Virus record (IMG/VR): IMGVR_UViG_3300037067_009225
Span: 32,001-96,000 of that record
Source of the DNA: a virus
Lineage: Duplodnaviria > Caudoviricetes
Length of the DNA: 64,000 nt
Strand: one strand, 5' to 3'
Positions 28,513 to 38,534 of the stretch are shown here, one piece after another. The notes under the pieces were generated by a model. That model saw only the letters and a program-made list of their open reading frames with translations, was not told where the DNA came from and ran no database searches. Every line of letters begins with the position of its first letter. Positions within the stretch are counted from its first letter, which is position 1. A program made the translations under genes and the position numbers.

Positions 28513-28850
28513 AATATACTTTTAATTTTTTTAATTCTAATGTAATTATTATAGGTTTCTCTTGATATTTCTTTATTACATCTAAAACATGTACACGTAT
28601 TTGTATCATCAAATATATATTCATGATGAGATAAATAACATCTTAATTTTTTAATAGGATAAATAAAATTATCTGTTATAAAATATTTTCTTTCATAATT
28701 ACTTATAATAACCTTTTTAAATAAATATAAAATTGATAATATTTTAATAAGATATTTATTTCGATATTTATATTTTCCTTCTTTTTTATTGAAATACATA
28801 ATACATTTTGGGTATCTCCACCAGTTTAATATAGAAAAACTTTCTCTCAT
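28509..28850 (-). CDS. MRExFSI-family zinc-finger protein, copy 1, RxxK tag
   Basis: Paralog; ATGA overlap. Confidence 0.75.
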   Translation of the reverse strand: MRESFSILNWWRYPKCIMYFNKKEGKYKYRNKYLIKILSILYLFKKVIISNYERKYFITDNFIYPIKKLRCYLSHHEYIFDDTNTCTCFRCNKEISRETYNNYIRIKKIKSIF

Positions 28851-29053
28851 AATATGTTTTTAATTTTTCTTTTTCTTATGTAAGATTTATATTCATCTTT
28901 TGTTATTTTTTTATAACATTTGAAACATAAATAAAAAGGTTTTTCTAAATTTCCAACATTTTTATAATCATGTCCAAAAAAATAACATAAAATTTTATTA
29001 AGTTTTTTCCTTATTATAAAAATAATATTCAATCTGAAATTATTCATCATCAT
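28847..29053 (-). CDS. Short zinc-finger protein (C..FGH...C..C), RxxK tag
   Basis: Same C-terminal module as the MRExFSI family. Confidence 0.7.
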   Translation of the reverse strand: MMMNNFRLNIIFIIRKKLNKILCYFFGHDYKNVGNLEKPFYLCFKCYKKITKDEYKSYIRKRKIKNIL

Positions 29054-30002
29054 CTTCTGTCACATCATCTTCGGTTAAATAATGTATTAATGCTTCTCTC
29101 ATGGTTTTTTTCCATTTATCTTTTGATATAAATAAAGTCATATTCATATCAATTGGATCATCTTGAAAAGATACATCTTGAAATGCATCAGCAGTTACAG
29201 CAAAGAAACCATTATCATCATATAAAATATTAGGTGCTTCACCAAGTTGTGTTAAACTCTCAATAATAAAATCAATAGGTAACATTTCTTTATTTTTAAG
29301 AATTATATTTCTAACTTCATTACCTAATGAATCTATTTCTTTTGGTTCTTCCATTTTATATTTATATGTATTTTCATCATATGATTCCTGATATAAATCA
29401 TAAAATTCTTTTCTTTTTTTAATTATAATATTTATTTCATTCATTACTAATGAAATATTATGAGCATCAATGAAATTAACTAAACCATCAAGTTCATTCC
29501 ACATATCTTTAAACCAATCTTTCTTTTTTAAGAAAAATCTGAATATTTGATATTCACTAACATACATATCATATTTATTTGAAGAAAGATTTTTATTTTT
29601 TTCTTGCAATGAAAATGTTATGTTAGCTAATCTATCACAAAGTTTAACAAAAATAGATTCATAAGTGGATGCAGTTTTAGGTAAAGTTTTAAGCATTTTT
29701 TCTTTTCTACTTTTACCAAATTCATCAGTAACATTAGCTACTATATCTGCAGATTTTAAACCAATTAATTTAACAACATCATTATATGAATGATGACCTT
29801 CTTCCATTATATCATGAAACCATATGGCTTTTTCTACTTCTTCAATATTTTCTTTTTTAATATAGTGTTTATATTTTTCAAAAAAACTATGAACCATATT
29901 TAAATGTACAGAATAATCCATAGTTTCTGTTTCATTACCATAAACACTACCACATTCTTTGTGGATTTTAAATGCTAATAATCTTACTTCTTCTGTATTC
30001 AT
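29040..30002 (-). CDS. HD-domain hydrolase, Mesh1/SpoT-like, with extra C-terminal domain
   Basis: Y..HL..V, WFHDIMEE, VTDE...RKEK and VKLCDRLAN motifs. Confidence 0.8.
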   Translation of the reverse strand: MNTEEVRLLAFKIHKECGSVYGNETETMDYSVHLNMVHSFFEKYKHYIKKENIEEVEKAIWFHDIMEEGHHSYNDVVKLIGLKSADIVANVTDEFGKSRKEKMLKTLPKTASTYESIFVKLCDRLANITFSLQEKNKNLSSNKYDMYVSEYQIFRFFLKKKDWFKDMWNELDGLVNFIDAHNISLVMNEINIIIKKRKEFYDLYQESYDENTYKYKMEEPKEIDSLGNEVRNIILKNKEMLPIDFIIESLTQLGEAPNILYDDNGFFAVTADAFQDVSFQDDPIDMNMTLFISKDKWKKTMREALIHYLTEDDVTEDDDE

Positions 30003-30068
30003 ATAATATTTTATTTAATATTTTAAATATAGCAAAAATATTTTAAAAACCAATAAATAAAAGAAAAA

Positions 30069-30088
30069 ACCACTAAATATTTAGTGGT
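30069..30088 (-). terminator. Hairpin, probable terminator
   Basis: ACCACTAAATATTTAGTGGT palindrome followed by a T-tract on the minus strand. Confidence 0.6.
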
Positions 30089-30094
30089 AGTTCA

Positions 30095-30325
30095 TTATCT
30101 ATATTTTTTAATTAATTTGAATATTTCTTTTAAGTCTGTAAAAACTAATTCTTGATTTTCTCTTATTGGATAAAAAGCTATGGTAAAACCATGTTCAGAT
30201 TTAAATTTTTCTGTAATTTTTTTATCATTAATATAATCAATATAAATCCAAGGAAAATTACTTGATAATTTTATATCTATATTGATTTTTTTTAATCTAT
30301 TAACAAAAATATCTAATTTTTCCAT
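30095..30325 (-). CDS. Hypothetical phage protein
   Basis: NFPWIY...EKF.SEHGFTIAF core. Confidence 0.75.
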   Translation of the reverse strand: MEKLDIFVNRLKKINIDIKLSSNFPWIYIDYINDKKITEKFKSEHGFTIAFYPIRENQELVFTDLKEIFKLIKKYR

Positions 30326-30330
30326 AAATA

Positions 30331-31458
30331 TTATTTATTAAATTCATCTTTATCTGTACTTTTATACCAATTTGTAAAATATTTTTTATAAACTTCTTTC
30401 AAATCTTCTAATGTAATAGATTCAATATTATATTCTAAATTCCATTCATTTGGTGATATAAAATCTGACACATTACGATATCTATTTATTTCTCTTTTTT
30501 TAAATTTTGTTAAATACATATCTTTTATAAGATCAAAACGCTCTTTTGTTAAAAAAGTTTCTGGTTTATTTAAAAGATTATCAAGAGTTTCTTTAAACAA
30601 ATTAACATTATTATTTGATGTTAATGATGATATATTAATAAAACCAGATGCATCACTTTTCTTATCAAGATAACAATGAACATAATAAACTAAACCACGT
30701 TTTTCTCTTAATTCAATATATAATGGGGATTTTAAACCAAGACCTAACATATCAGTTATAAAACTAACTGAAACAAAATCATTAGTAACAACATTTGATA
30801 AATATATAATTGATGTTTTATCTTTAAATTCATTAGATTTTTGAAGTGTATAATCATTATCTTTTAAATAACGATATATTTTATTTAATTTTTCTGTTGG
30901 TTTTGAAAAATTAAGAACTTTTTCGTATTTAAAATCTTTTGATACATTTATAATCATAGTTGGATTTTTATATTGTATCTCAAAATAATCTAAACAATCT
31001 TGATATGTTAATTTTTTCAAGTCACCTAATTCACCAATTGGGCCATATGTATTAAAAAGTTTTCTAAAAAGATTTTCACTATGACATTCTGTTTGTTCGT
31101 TGAATGAATTTTCATATTCTTCTATAACAATTTGTTTTTCATTTTTAAATTGTTCTTCTGTAACATTAAATTTACTCATTAAATCAACAACAACATCTCT
31201 ATATTTAGAAAGTTTTTCTTCCAAACCTTGGAAATAAAAAACTACAACATCATCTGCTGTATAAGCGTTCCAATCTATACCATTCTGGTCAAATTCTTCT
31301 AATAAATGATCAAAGTTCTTGCAGCAAAGATGTTCCATCAAATGGGAGATGCCCCTTATGCCAACTTTTTCATTTAAAACACTACCTTTATAAACTAAAT
31401 AGAATCCAGATAATTCAGTTGGATTTTTTAAATTTAAAATTTTTTGATAATTATTCAT
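30331..31458 (-). CDS. M16 family (insulinase-like) zinc peptidase
   Basis: GISHLMEH (HxxEH), NAYT and ELREKRGLVY motifs. Confidence 0.92.
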   Translation of the reverse strand: MNNYQKILNLKNPTELSGFYLVYKGSVLNEKVGIRGISHLMEHLCCKNFDHLLEEFDQNGIDWNAYTADDVVVFYFQGLEEKLSKYRDVVVDLMSKFNVTEEQFKNEKQIVIEEYENSFNEQTECHSENLFRKLFNTYGPIGELGDLKKLTYQDCLDYFEIQYKNPTMIINVSKDFKYEKVLNFSKPTEKLNKIYRYLKDNDYTLQKSNEFKDKTSIIYLSNVVTNDFVSVSFITDMLGLGLKSPLYIELREKRGLVYYVHCYLDKKSDASGFINISSLTSNNNVNLFKETLDNLLNKPETFLTKERFDLIKDMYLTKFKKREINRYRNVSDFISPNEWNLEYNIESITLEDLKEVYKKYFTNWYKSTDKDEFNK

Positions 31459-31505
31459 CTTTTTAATTATTTTTTGATATATATTATAAATATAGGTTAT
31501 ATATT

Positions 31506-32390
31506 ATGGAAAATCAAAAAAGTTTAATAATTTATTTTTCAATAGGTAATAATAGTGGTAAAAAATCAAGAGAATATTGGTTAAAAGAAAATAATTTTAT
31601 TTTATATTCAAAAATAATAAATTTTTGTTTAGAAAATAATTTAGATAATATATCATTTAAGCAAAAAATATATCATTTTGTTTATAATTTAAAAACAATA
31701 CCAGTTTGTTTAACTTGCGGAAAAGAAGTTAAATATTTAAGATTTAAATCAGGTTATCAAAAACACTGTTGTGAATTTTGTGCTAATAACAGTAAAATAA
31801 GTAAAGAAAAATGGAAAAAATCTTATAATGAAAATAAACAAAACCATAATATTAAAAATAAAAGAGATGCTACGGTAATTAAAAAATATGGTGATGTTGA
31901 AACATATCAAAAAATATTAAATGAAAAAAGAATTTCAAAAACATTAGAAAAATATAATTGTCAATATTATTTTCAAACTGATGAATTTAAAAAGAATAGG
32001 AAAAGTAAATTAAAAGAAAAATATAACGATGAAAATTATAATAATAAAGAAAAAACTAAAAACACAAGAATCAAAAATAAAACACAAATTAATGATGATG
32101 ACATTGAATGTTATTTAAATTATAAAAAAATAGTCATTAAAACAACAATTAAAATTTATAAAAAATATAAAAACATTATCAACCCAAACAATTTAAAAAG
32201 AGGATTTAAATTTTACCATATAGATCATATATATTCAATAAAACAAGGTTTTATAAATAATATACCAATTGATATAATAACAAATCCAAACAATTTAAGA
32301 ATGATTTGGTGGGAAGAAAATATTAAAAAACAAGATAGGTGTGATATAAAAATAGAAGAATTAGTAGAAAAAATAAATCATTCAAATTAA
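31506..32390 (+). CDS. Putative HNH homing endonuclease
   Basis: N-terminal CxxC/CC..C, KYG repeats, C-terminal HIDHI...NL......N. Confidence 0.75.
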   Translation: MENQKSLIIYFSIGNNSGKKSREYWLKENNFILYSKIINFCLENNLDNISFKQKIYHFVYNLKTIPVCLTCGKEVKYLRFKSGYQKHCCEFCANNSKISKEKWKKSYNENKQNHNIKNKRDATVIKKYGDVETYQKILNEKRISKTLEKYNCQYYFQTDEFKKNRKSKLKEKYNDENYNNKEKTKNTRIKNKTQINDDDIECYLNYKKIVIKTTIKIYKKYKNIINPNNLKRGFKFYHIDHIYSIKQGFINNIPIDIITNPNNLRMIWWEENIKKQDRCDIKIEELVEKINHSN

Positions 32391-32672
32391 ATTTAATTTA
32401 ACTTTTCTAATTTCTTTTAATTTTTCTGAATCATCCTTTTTATCCCACTCTATTAATTTAATAATAATAGTTGGAATTGTTATATTTAATGAATTTAAAT
32501 AATCTTTAGATATTTCTTTTTTTAATTCAGTATCTTTATAAAAAGAAAGATTATAATCTACTAATATGTAAAATATTGGTAAATCTTTTATTTTAGTAAG
32601 AACTAAAAAAATTATAGTCCTTTCTGTTTTTGATTTATAATTTAAATTTACAATGGTAAATATATTATTCAT
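32382..32672 (-). CDS. Hypothetical protein, RxxK tag (IRKVKLNLI*)
   Basis: ORF; tag. Confidence 0.65.
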   Translation of the reverse strand: MNNIFTIVNLNYKSKTERTIIFLVLTKIKDLPIFYILVDYNLSFYKDTELKKEISKDYLNSLNITIPTIIIKLIEWDKKDDSEKLKEIRKVKLNLI

Positions 32673-32678
32673 ATTTTT

Positions 32679-32951
32679 TCAATCTAAATCAATTGATTCT
32701 AAATATTCATCTTCCGTAGCTTCTCTCCAAGTAACAATAAAAAATCTTTCTGTTTGATTATCAACATGAACAACATAGTGAAATGTGTAATATTTTCTAT
32801 CGTTTGCTGGATAAATAGCATAATCAGTAAATATAATTATTCTTCCATCTTCTATATTATTATCACTTCTTATTTCAACACATCTTTCATGAATATTTAA
32901 TGACATTTGCATTATAATTTCAGATAAATCAGAATTTTCTAAATTGCTCAT
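32679..32951 (-). CDS. Hypothetical protein
   Basis: ORF; late-type motif upstream. Confidence 0.7.
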   Translation of the reverse strand: MSNLENSDLSEIIMQMSLNIHERCVEIRSDNNIEDGRIIIFTDYAIYPANDRKYYTFHYVVHVDNQTERFFIVTWREATEDEYLESIDLD

Positions 32952-33025
32952 ACATTTTTAATTATTTTTTATTTAAATTTATATTTTTTATATATTAAAA
33001 AAATATGAGTTTAAATAAAAAATAA

Positions 33026-33616
33026 TTAATAAAAAATATTATCCATTTTTATTTTTCTTGTTTTTTTTGCCATATTTTTTAAATCTTGTTCATTTAAAAA
33101 ATTAATAGTTAAATTGATGTTATTATCTTTAAATATATTTTTTATTTCTAAACCATATTCATTATTATCTAATAAAATAATTTTTGTTTTTTTATATTTT
33201 TGTTCATTATAAGAACAATATTGAAAAATAAAATTTCTAAAATGTTTATTATTTTCAAAAAAATATTTAATATCATCTATTATAATAATATTATATAATT
33301 TAGAAATTATATTGTATTCACTAATATAACTTCTTTCATTTATTGTTGAACCATTTTTTAATTTAAAAAAATTTATTTTTTTATCATATTCTGGATAATT
33401 TTTTATAATTAAATCAATAACATAAAGCCAACTTAGGTTACGTTTTGTAGTTGTGAAATATACACCATGATATGATTCATTATTTATACAACTTTCCATT
33501 AAAAAATATTTCAATATAGTTGAAGAACCACAATTATTCGGTCGTATTAATAATATATTATCATTATTTTTTAATATATTAAGTGTATATTCAAAATGAT
33601 TTTTATAATCAATCAT
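33026..33616 (-). CDS. Degenerate terminase-ATPase-like P-loop protein, RxxK tag
   Basis: ILLIRPNNCGSST / FKLKNGSTI / IIIIDD occur in the same order as TerL motifs. Confidence 0.5.
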   Translation of the reverse strand: MIDYKNHFEYTLNILKNNDNILLIRPNNCGSSTILKYFLMESCINNESYHGVYFTTTKRNLSWLYVIDLIIKNYPEYDKKINFFKLKNGSTINERSYISEYNIISKLYNIIIIDDIKYFFENNKHFRNFIFQYCSYNEQKYKKTKIILLDNNEYGLEIKNIFKDNNINLTINFLNEQDLKNMAKKTRKIKMDNIFY

Positions 33617-33617
33617 A

Positions 33618-34268
33618 TTATAGAATTTCTTGAATTTTTAATTGTCTAATATATTTTTTATAAATTGAGTCATTTAATAATTCTGTCGCATTATTTTCTA
33701 ATAAAAAATTGTGTAATGTAATAAAATTATTCTGAATCATATATTTTTGAAAATAATCATTAAAAATACCTTTTATATTATTATCAAAAATATAATTTAC
33801 ATATTCTATTTTATTTATAGTTTTTTCATATTTAGTTTCACGAAAAATACTATAAGTATGATAATCATTAATATAAAATTTTCTAAAATTAAAATTTAAT
33901 ATGTTATTATAATTTAAATCATATTCATCAACTAACTTATAATAAAAATCATTACTAATTTGAGTAATTTTAATTTCATCATTTATATAAATAAAAGCAA
34001 AACGTGTATCAAAAAATTTTAATGGATAATTATTTGTTTTTAAATTATAGATTTTTATTTTTTTATAGAGTCTTTGGTCAAAAGATAAATTATTAAAAAA
34101 ATAATTACCATTAAAATATAAACCATCTATACAAATTGAATGGTTTTCTGATATTTTTTCTATAACAGTATCAAATCTATAGTTATTTGTAAATATATAA
34201 GGATTGGGTAAAAAAATAATTTTATCACCTTTTTTTAATTCATAATATAATTCACTAAAAACGTTCAT
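33618..34268 (-). CDS. Hypothetical protein, RxxK tag (IRQLKIQEIL*)
   Basis: Paralog of 35519 (L..GD....LPNP). Confidence 0.7.
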   Translation of the reverse strand: MNVFSELYYELKKGDKIIFLPNPYIFTNNYRFDTVIEKISENHSICIDGLYFNGNYFFNNLSFDQRLYKKIKIYNLKTNNYPLKFFDTRFAFIYINDEIKITQISNDFYYKLVDEYDLNYNNILNFNFRKFYINDYHTYSIFRETKYEKTINKIEYVNYIFDNNIKGIFNDYFQKYMIQNNFITLHNFLLENNATELLNDSIYKKYIRQLKIQEIL

Positions 34269-34912
34269 ATCACTTTAATAAATCTTAAAAATCTACGATA
34301 CCATTTCATATCTTTTTTAAACATTTTTAAAAAATTTTTTATTTTTTCATCATGATTAAATGCAAAACTATATTCCATAAAGATTTTGTTTATATTAGCC
34401 CAAAATGTATATTCTACTTCATCTTTTTCTGTATATTTCAAAGTTAATGTTGGTAATTTTTCTTTTCTTTTTGTTTTAAAAACTATACCATAATAAAGAG
34501 TGACATTTTGTCTATTAGATTTAACATCAGTTTGAACAAAATATGGTTCTTTTGTATAATCTTTTATTATATTTTTCTTAGTTATATCAGGAACAAAGAA
34601 ACCACTTTCTTCATAAACTTCACGAACAAAACATTCATAACCAGACTCATCATAATCGAGATATCCGCAAGGTAAATTCCAATAACCTTGAAAATCAGCA
34701 GCACCTTTACCTCTTTTACCAAGTAAAATATAATATTCACCTTTATGTTTTGTTATAACAACACCAGCAGTCGCAACTGATCTTGATATCCAATATTCTT
34801 TATCTTCTGACATAATACATTTATTATGTGTATTATTAAATATTATGTTTTCTATTTTTTCTTCAGAACCATCTAATTGTGAAATATTCACTTTAATTTG
34901 TTTTGTTATCAT
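34265..34912 (-). CDS. Nudix hydrolase
   Basis: WNLPCGYLDYDESGYECFVREVYEESG Nudix box; AFNH. Confidence 0.92.
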   Translation of the reverse strand: MITKQIKVNISQLDGSEEKIENIIFNNTHNKCIMSEDKEYWISRSVATAGVVITKHKGEYYILLGKRGKGAADFQGYWNLPCGYLDYDESGYECFVREVYEESGFFVPDITKKNIIKDYTKEPYFVQTDVKSNRQNVTLYYGIVFKTKRKEKLPTLTLKYTEKDEVEYTFWANINKIFMEYSFAFNHDEKIKNFLKMFKKDMKWYRRFLRFIKVI

Positions 34913-35517
34913 ATGTTTCGTAATTTTTTTTCAAGTTTAATTTTTAAAGGAAAATATTTCTTTTTATAGTAATAATAATCATCTTCTTCTGTATCTTTAA
35001 TTTCATCCCAAATATAATTCATAGATGAATAATCAATAATTTTGTTATTTTCACAAATTTGAATAGCAAAATCTAAAATTCTTAATCCATGATATATTGA
35101 TTTCAAACCTCTATATTGATCACCTTCTTCAAAACGACTTTTTGCTCTTTTCCATGCAGTAAAAGATTCACCATAAGACCTATTTTTTATTATGTTTTTA
35201 TTGAATTTAAAATTTTTTAGATAATCAATTTTTTCTAATAATTTAAATTCATTTGGTACAAAAACACATTCCAATGGTTGAATTTCATGATTTTCTAAAC
35301 GTTTTTTAAAAATATCAGGTGTTATGACATGAACATTCATTAAATCATGTTCAGGTTTTAATTCTGTATGTTCTTGCATTGTAGAAGCAACAACAATATA
35401 ATCCCAATCTGAATAATCTTCAAATGTTCCATATACTCTTGAACCAAAACAATAAATATTTTTTATTCGTAATGGGTGAATATTAGTTTTCTTAATTATA
35501 TCGTCTATTGTATACAT
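34909..35517 (-). CDS. Nucleotidyltransferase (pol-beta superfamily)
   Basis: FGSRVYG....SDWD motif. Confidence 0.85.
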   Translation of the reverse strand: MYTIDDIIKKTNIHPLRIKNIYCFGSRVYGTFEDYSDWDYIVVASTMQEHTELKPEHDLMNVHVITPDIFKKRLENHEIQPLECVFVPNEFKLLEKIDYLKNFKFNKNIIKNRSYGESFTAWKRAKSRFEEGDQYRGLKSIYHGLRILDFAIQICENNKIIDYSSMNYIWDEIKDTEEDDYYYYKKKYFPLKIKLEKKLRNI

Positions 35518-35518
35518 A

Positions 35519-36169
35519 TTATTTGATAATTTCTTTTAATTTTTTAAAACGTATATATTGTTTCATTTCGTTTGTGTTTAATATGTCATTAAAATTATTT
35601 TTAATTGAATCTTTATATATTATATCCATATTATTAGCAACTAATATATTATTTATTCTATTCAAAAATAAAGATTCCAAATTTATTTCTTTAATTTTTT
35701 TTAAATATTCATCTATATTTAAAAATGGGAAATTATATAATTCTTCTGTAAAATATGATTTATCGTAATTTGGTAAAGGATGATTATTATAAGTTTCCAT
35801 CATTTTAATTTTTATATGTAACTTATTAATTTTATCGCCATGTGTAAAACTTCTAATTATTTCAGAATATTTCAAATCAATTAAATTTTTAATTTTAACA
35901 CCAAATCTTGTTATACCAATTTCATCATTATTATAATCAAATGAATAAAATCTAGTTATGCTTTTATAGTGTTTTCTTAATAATTGTGATAAATTATCGT
36001 TATTTGTACTAATAATATATTTATTATTTATATAATATTCGTATGTTAATATAAATAATTCGTTAGAATTACGTAATATATTAGTGTTTTTATTATAAAA
36101 AAATGGATTTGGTAAAATTAAAAATTCATCACCATCATTTAATTTATTATGTACACTATGATTATTCAT
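35519..36169 (-). CDS. Hypothetical protein, RxxK tag (IRFKKLKEIIK*)
   Basis: Paralog of 33618. Confidence 0.7.
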   Translation of the reverse strand: MNNHSVHNKLNDGDEFLILPNPFFYNKNTNILRNSNELFILTYEYYINNKYIISTNNDNLSQLLRKHYKSITRFYSFDYNNDEIGITRFGVKIKNLIDLKYSEIIRSFTHGDKINKLHIKIKMMETYNNHPLPNYDKSYFTEELYNFPFLNIDEYLKKIKEINLESLFLNRINNILVANNMDIIYKDSIKNNFNDILNTNEMKQYIRFKKLKEIIK

Positions 36170-36446
36170 ATTTAAAATTTCCTGTTTCTAAATGTCTTAT
36201 TATTTCTTTATTTACTTTTTCTGCTATTGTTAACATATCTTTTTTATCGGGAAATTCTTTTCTTAAAACATTCCATATTGTATCTTTAGTACCACCTATA
36301 CTTCTATAAAGTAAAGATTGATATTTAGATAATTCTTCACTTTCTGGTGTTATAGGAAGTCCTCTTTGTTCACGACATCTTGAACAATTACATTTATTTC
36401 CAAGATAACCACTTATACAATATTCTGAAAATGTCATTTTTATCAT
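36162..36446 (-). CDS. Small Cys-rich hypothetical protein
   Basis: C...CNCSRC motif. Confidence 0.65.
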   Translation of the reverse strand: MIKMTFSEYCISGYLGNKCNCSRCREQRGLPITPESEELSKYQSLLYRSIGGTKDTIWNVLRKEFPDKKDMLTIAEKVNKEIIRHLETGNFKYE

Positions 36447-36475
36447 CTTATTTTTATGTTTAATAAATATAGTAA

Positions 36476-36760
36476 TTATTTTTCATCTTTGAAAATTTTT
36501 TCAATTTTTTCTTTTCTTATTTGAGATATACCCTTAAATGTATAATTGAATGGATCATTTTGTCCACCAATAGTTCTTTTTGTTAATAAACTATCACAAT
36601 TTTCACAATATATTTCACAATCCCACGCTGAATGTGGCATTTCTCCATCATTAACAATTTTACCACATTCTTCACAACACCAAATAACATTTTTTAATGT
36701 TATTGCTGTATCCCACCTTTTTCTATTATCTAATTTTTTAAATTCTTCTGGTGTAATCAT
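36476..36760 (-). CDS. Zinc-ribbon protein, RxxK tag (IRKEKIEKIF)
   Basis: CEEC...CENC. Confidence 0.7.
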   Translation of the reverse strand: MITPEEFKKLDNRKRWDTAITLKNVIWCCEECGKIVNDGEMPHSAWDCEIYCENCDSLLTKRTIGGQNDPFNYTFKGISQIRKEKIEKIFKDEK

Positions 36761-37146
36761 ATATTTATTTTTTGTAATTTTATTTTTCTATAAAATAATT
36801 TAAATTTTTTATTTTGTTTAACTAAATTATTATATGTTGATATTTCTTTATAAAAATTTAAATTACAATTTTTTGATGATGTTGTTTTTATCCAATATTC
36901 AAAATTTTTAAATAAAACATAATTAGATATAATTTTATTATAATTAGTTACTTTTAAATCTAATCCATATTTTTCCCATTTTATTTTTACTATATCTCCT
37001 TTTTTAAAAACTGTATCATTAAAATTTCTAATATATAAACCTTTTAATATAAAATATAAACTATATTCATCTTCTTTAATAGTTTTTAAATATATATCAG
37101 ACATAATTATTTTTCTTAGAAAATTAAAGAACCCTTCGTATTCCAA
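36757..37146 (-). CDS. Hypothetical protein, RxxK tag (YRKIKLQKI)
   Basis: ORF; true start probably MSDIYL. Confidence 0.65.
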   Translation of the reverse strand: MEYEGFFNFLRKIIMSDIYLKTIKEDEYSLYFILKGLYIRNFNDTVFKKGDIVKIKWEKYGLDLKVTNYNKIISNYVLFKNFEYWIKTTSSKNCNLNFYKEISTYNNLVKQNKKFKLFYRKIKLQKINI

Positions 37147-38057
37147 TCGGAATACAATTTACAATTAGGTCTTAATATAAGATACTTATATGAATCAAGG
37201 TCTTCTCTCTTTGTTGCATCATCCATACAATTATCATCTACAACAACTGAAACATCATTTATTGAATATTTCATAGCTCCAAATGGTAAACGACCAAGAA
37301 AAACACCATTTTTGACCACATAATTATTTAAATTATCAAAAAAATGTTCATTAATTGGGTGTTCAAGAATCCATTCATCTTGTGGTGTGTTACATTCTTT
37401 GGATGTATACAATTTTCTAAATGTTATTTGGTCAGCATTTAATTTTTTTGCACGATCAAAAATTTGTTCAATAGAATATTTATTATAAACATCTGATATG
37501 TTTAACGACAAACGCAAATTGAAATGAAAATCTTTTGTTTTTTTACACAATTCATCAATTTCAAAATAATGATTTTGTGGTAATGAAACTAACTTACTAT
37601 TTTGTTTTGAATCAAAAATATCAAATAATGATAAAGAAATAGTGGAAACACCAATATCTTTGAAAAAAGCAAAATTTTCATAAAAGAAAATTTTATCAGA
37701 AGATTTATTTTCTTTTGTGAATTTTAATAATAAATTACCTGCTGTCTGCAATTCAATCCATCTAAAACCAACACCCCTATTAATACCATCAAACCATCTC
37801 AAAAATGGTTTATTTTGAATAGCTTCACCTGTTCCAGTTAATATAATAGTGTTAACACCATTATCTTTTGCAAATTGTAATCTTCTTATATATTCTTCTT
37901 CGGCTCTCAATGAAGATGAATGAAAGTGTGTAGTATCTTTTATTGCATCACCTATTCTATTTTCATAAGGAGATTCATGCATTCTTGATACACAACATGC
38001 ACAATTATTTAAACATGTACCTGTTGGTACGTGGATTGATAAGCTTTGTATTTTCAT
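37116..38057 (-). CDS. Radical SAM protein
   Basis: CLNNCACC (CxxxCxxC); LTGTGE. Confidence 0.85.
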   Translation of the reverse strand: MKIQSLSIHVPTGTCLNNCACCVSRMHESPYENRIGDAIKDTTHFHSSSLRAEEEYIRRLQFAKDNGVNTIILTGTGEAIQNKPFLRWFDGINRGVGFRWIELQTAGNLLLKFTKENKSSDKIFFYENFAFFKDIGVSTISLSLFDIFDSKQNSKLVSLPQNHYFEIDELCKKTKDFHFNLRLSLNISDVYNKYSIEQIFDRAKKLNADQITFRKLYTSKECNTPQDEWILEHPINEHFFDNLNNYVVKNGVFLGRLPFGAMKYSINDVSVVVDDNCMDDATKREDLDSYKYLILRPNCKLYSDWNTKGSLIF

Positions 38058-38133
38058 ATTATTAAATTTTCTACAAATATAACAAAAAATTATTAAATAA
38101 AAACATAATTATATATTTTTAATATATAAAAAT

Positions 38134-38457
38134 ATGAAAATAATTAAAACTTTTATTAAATATAATGAAAATGTTAGTGAGTATTCTAAACTATCAGATA
38201 GAATTTATAAGTTTATAGATAAATATGCTGGTATTAAACCAGATTTTGATCCAGAATATGATGATGAAGATGATAAATTCACATCACCTGATGCTTCACA
38301 AATGAAATATTGTGCTGATATGCTCAGTAAAGGTTTAAAACCAACACAATGTTGGAGTGAATGGGGTAGTGGTGGTTATAAACCATATATTTCAAAAGAA
38401 GGTAGAGAAGAACACGATTTTTTAGTAAAAGAAATTTATAAAATAATTAATTCTTAA
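38134..38457 (+). CDS. Hypothetical protein with CTS-like leader (MKIIKTFIKYNEN)
   Basis: Leader; late-type promoter. Confidence 0.7.
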   Translation: MKIIKTFIKYNENVSEYSKLSDRIYKFIDKYAGIKPDFDPEYDDEDDKFTSPDASQMKYCADMLSKGLKPTQCWSEWGSGGYKPYISKEGREEHDFLVKEIYKIINS

Positions 38458-38534
38458 TCACATTATTCTTCAATAATTTAAACATTTGACCTATAATTTT
38501 TTGATATATAAAAATAAATATTTTATATATCAAA

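Noticed and set aside
27833-28850. Diversity-generating retroelement template/variable repeats
   Set aside because: Paralogs diverge throughout rather than only at adenines, and no reverse transcriptase is in the window.
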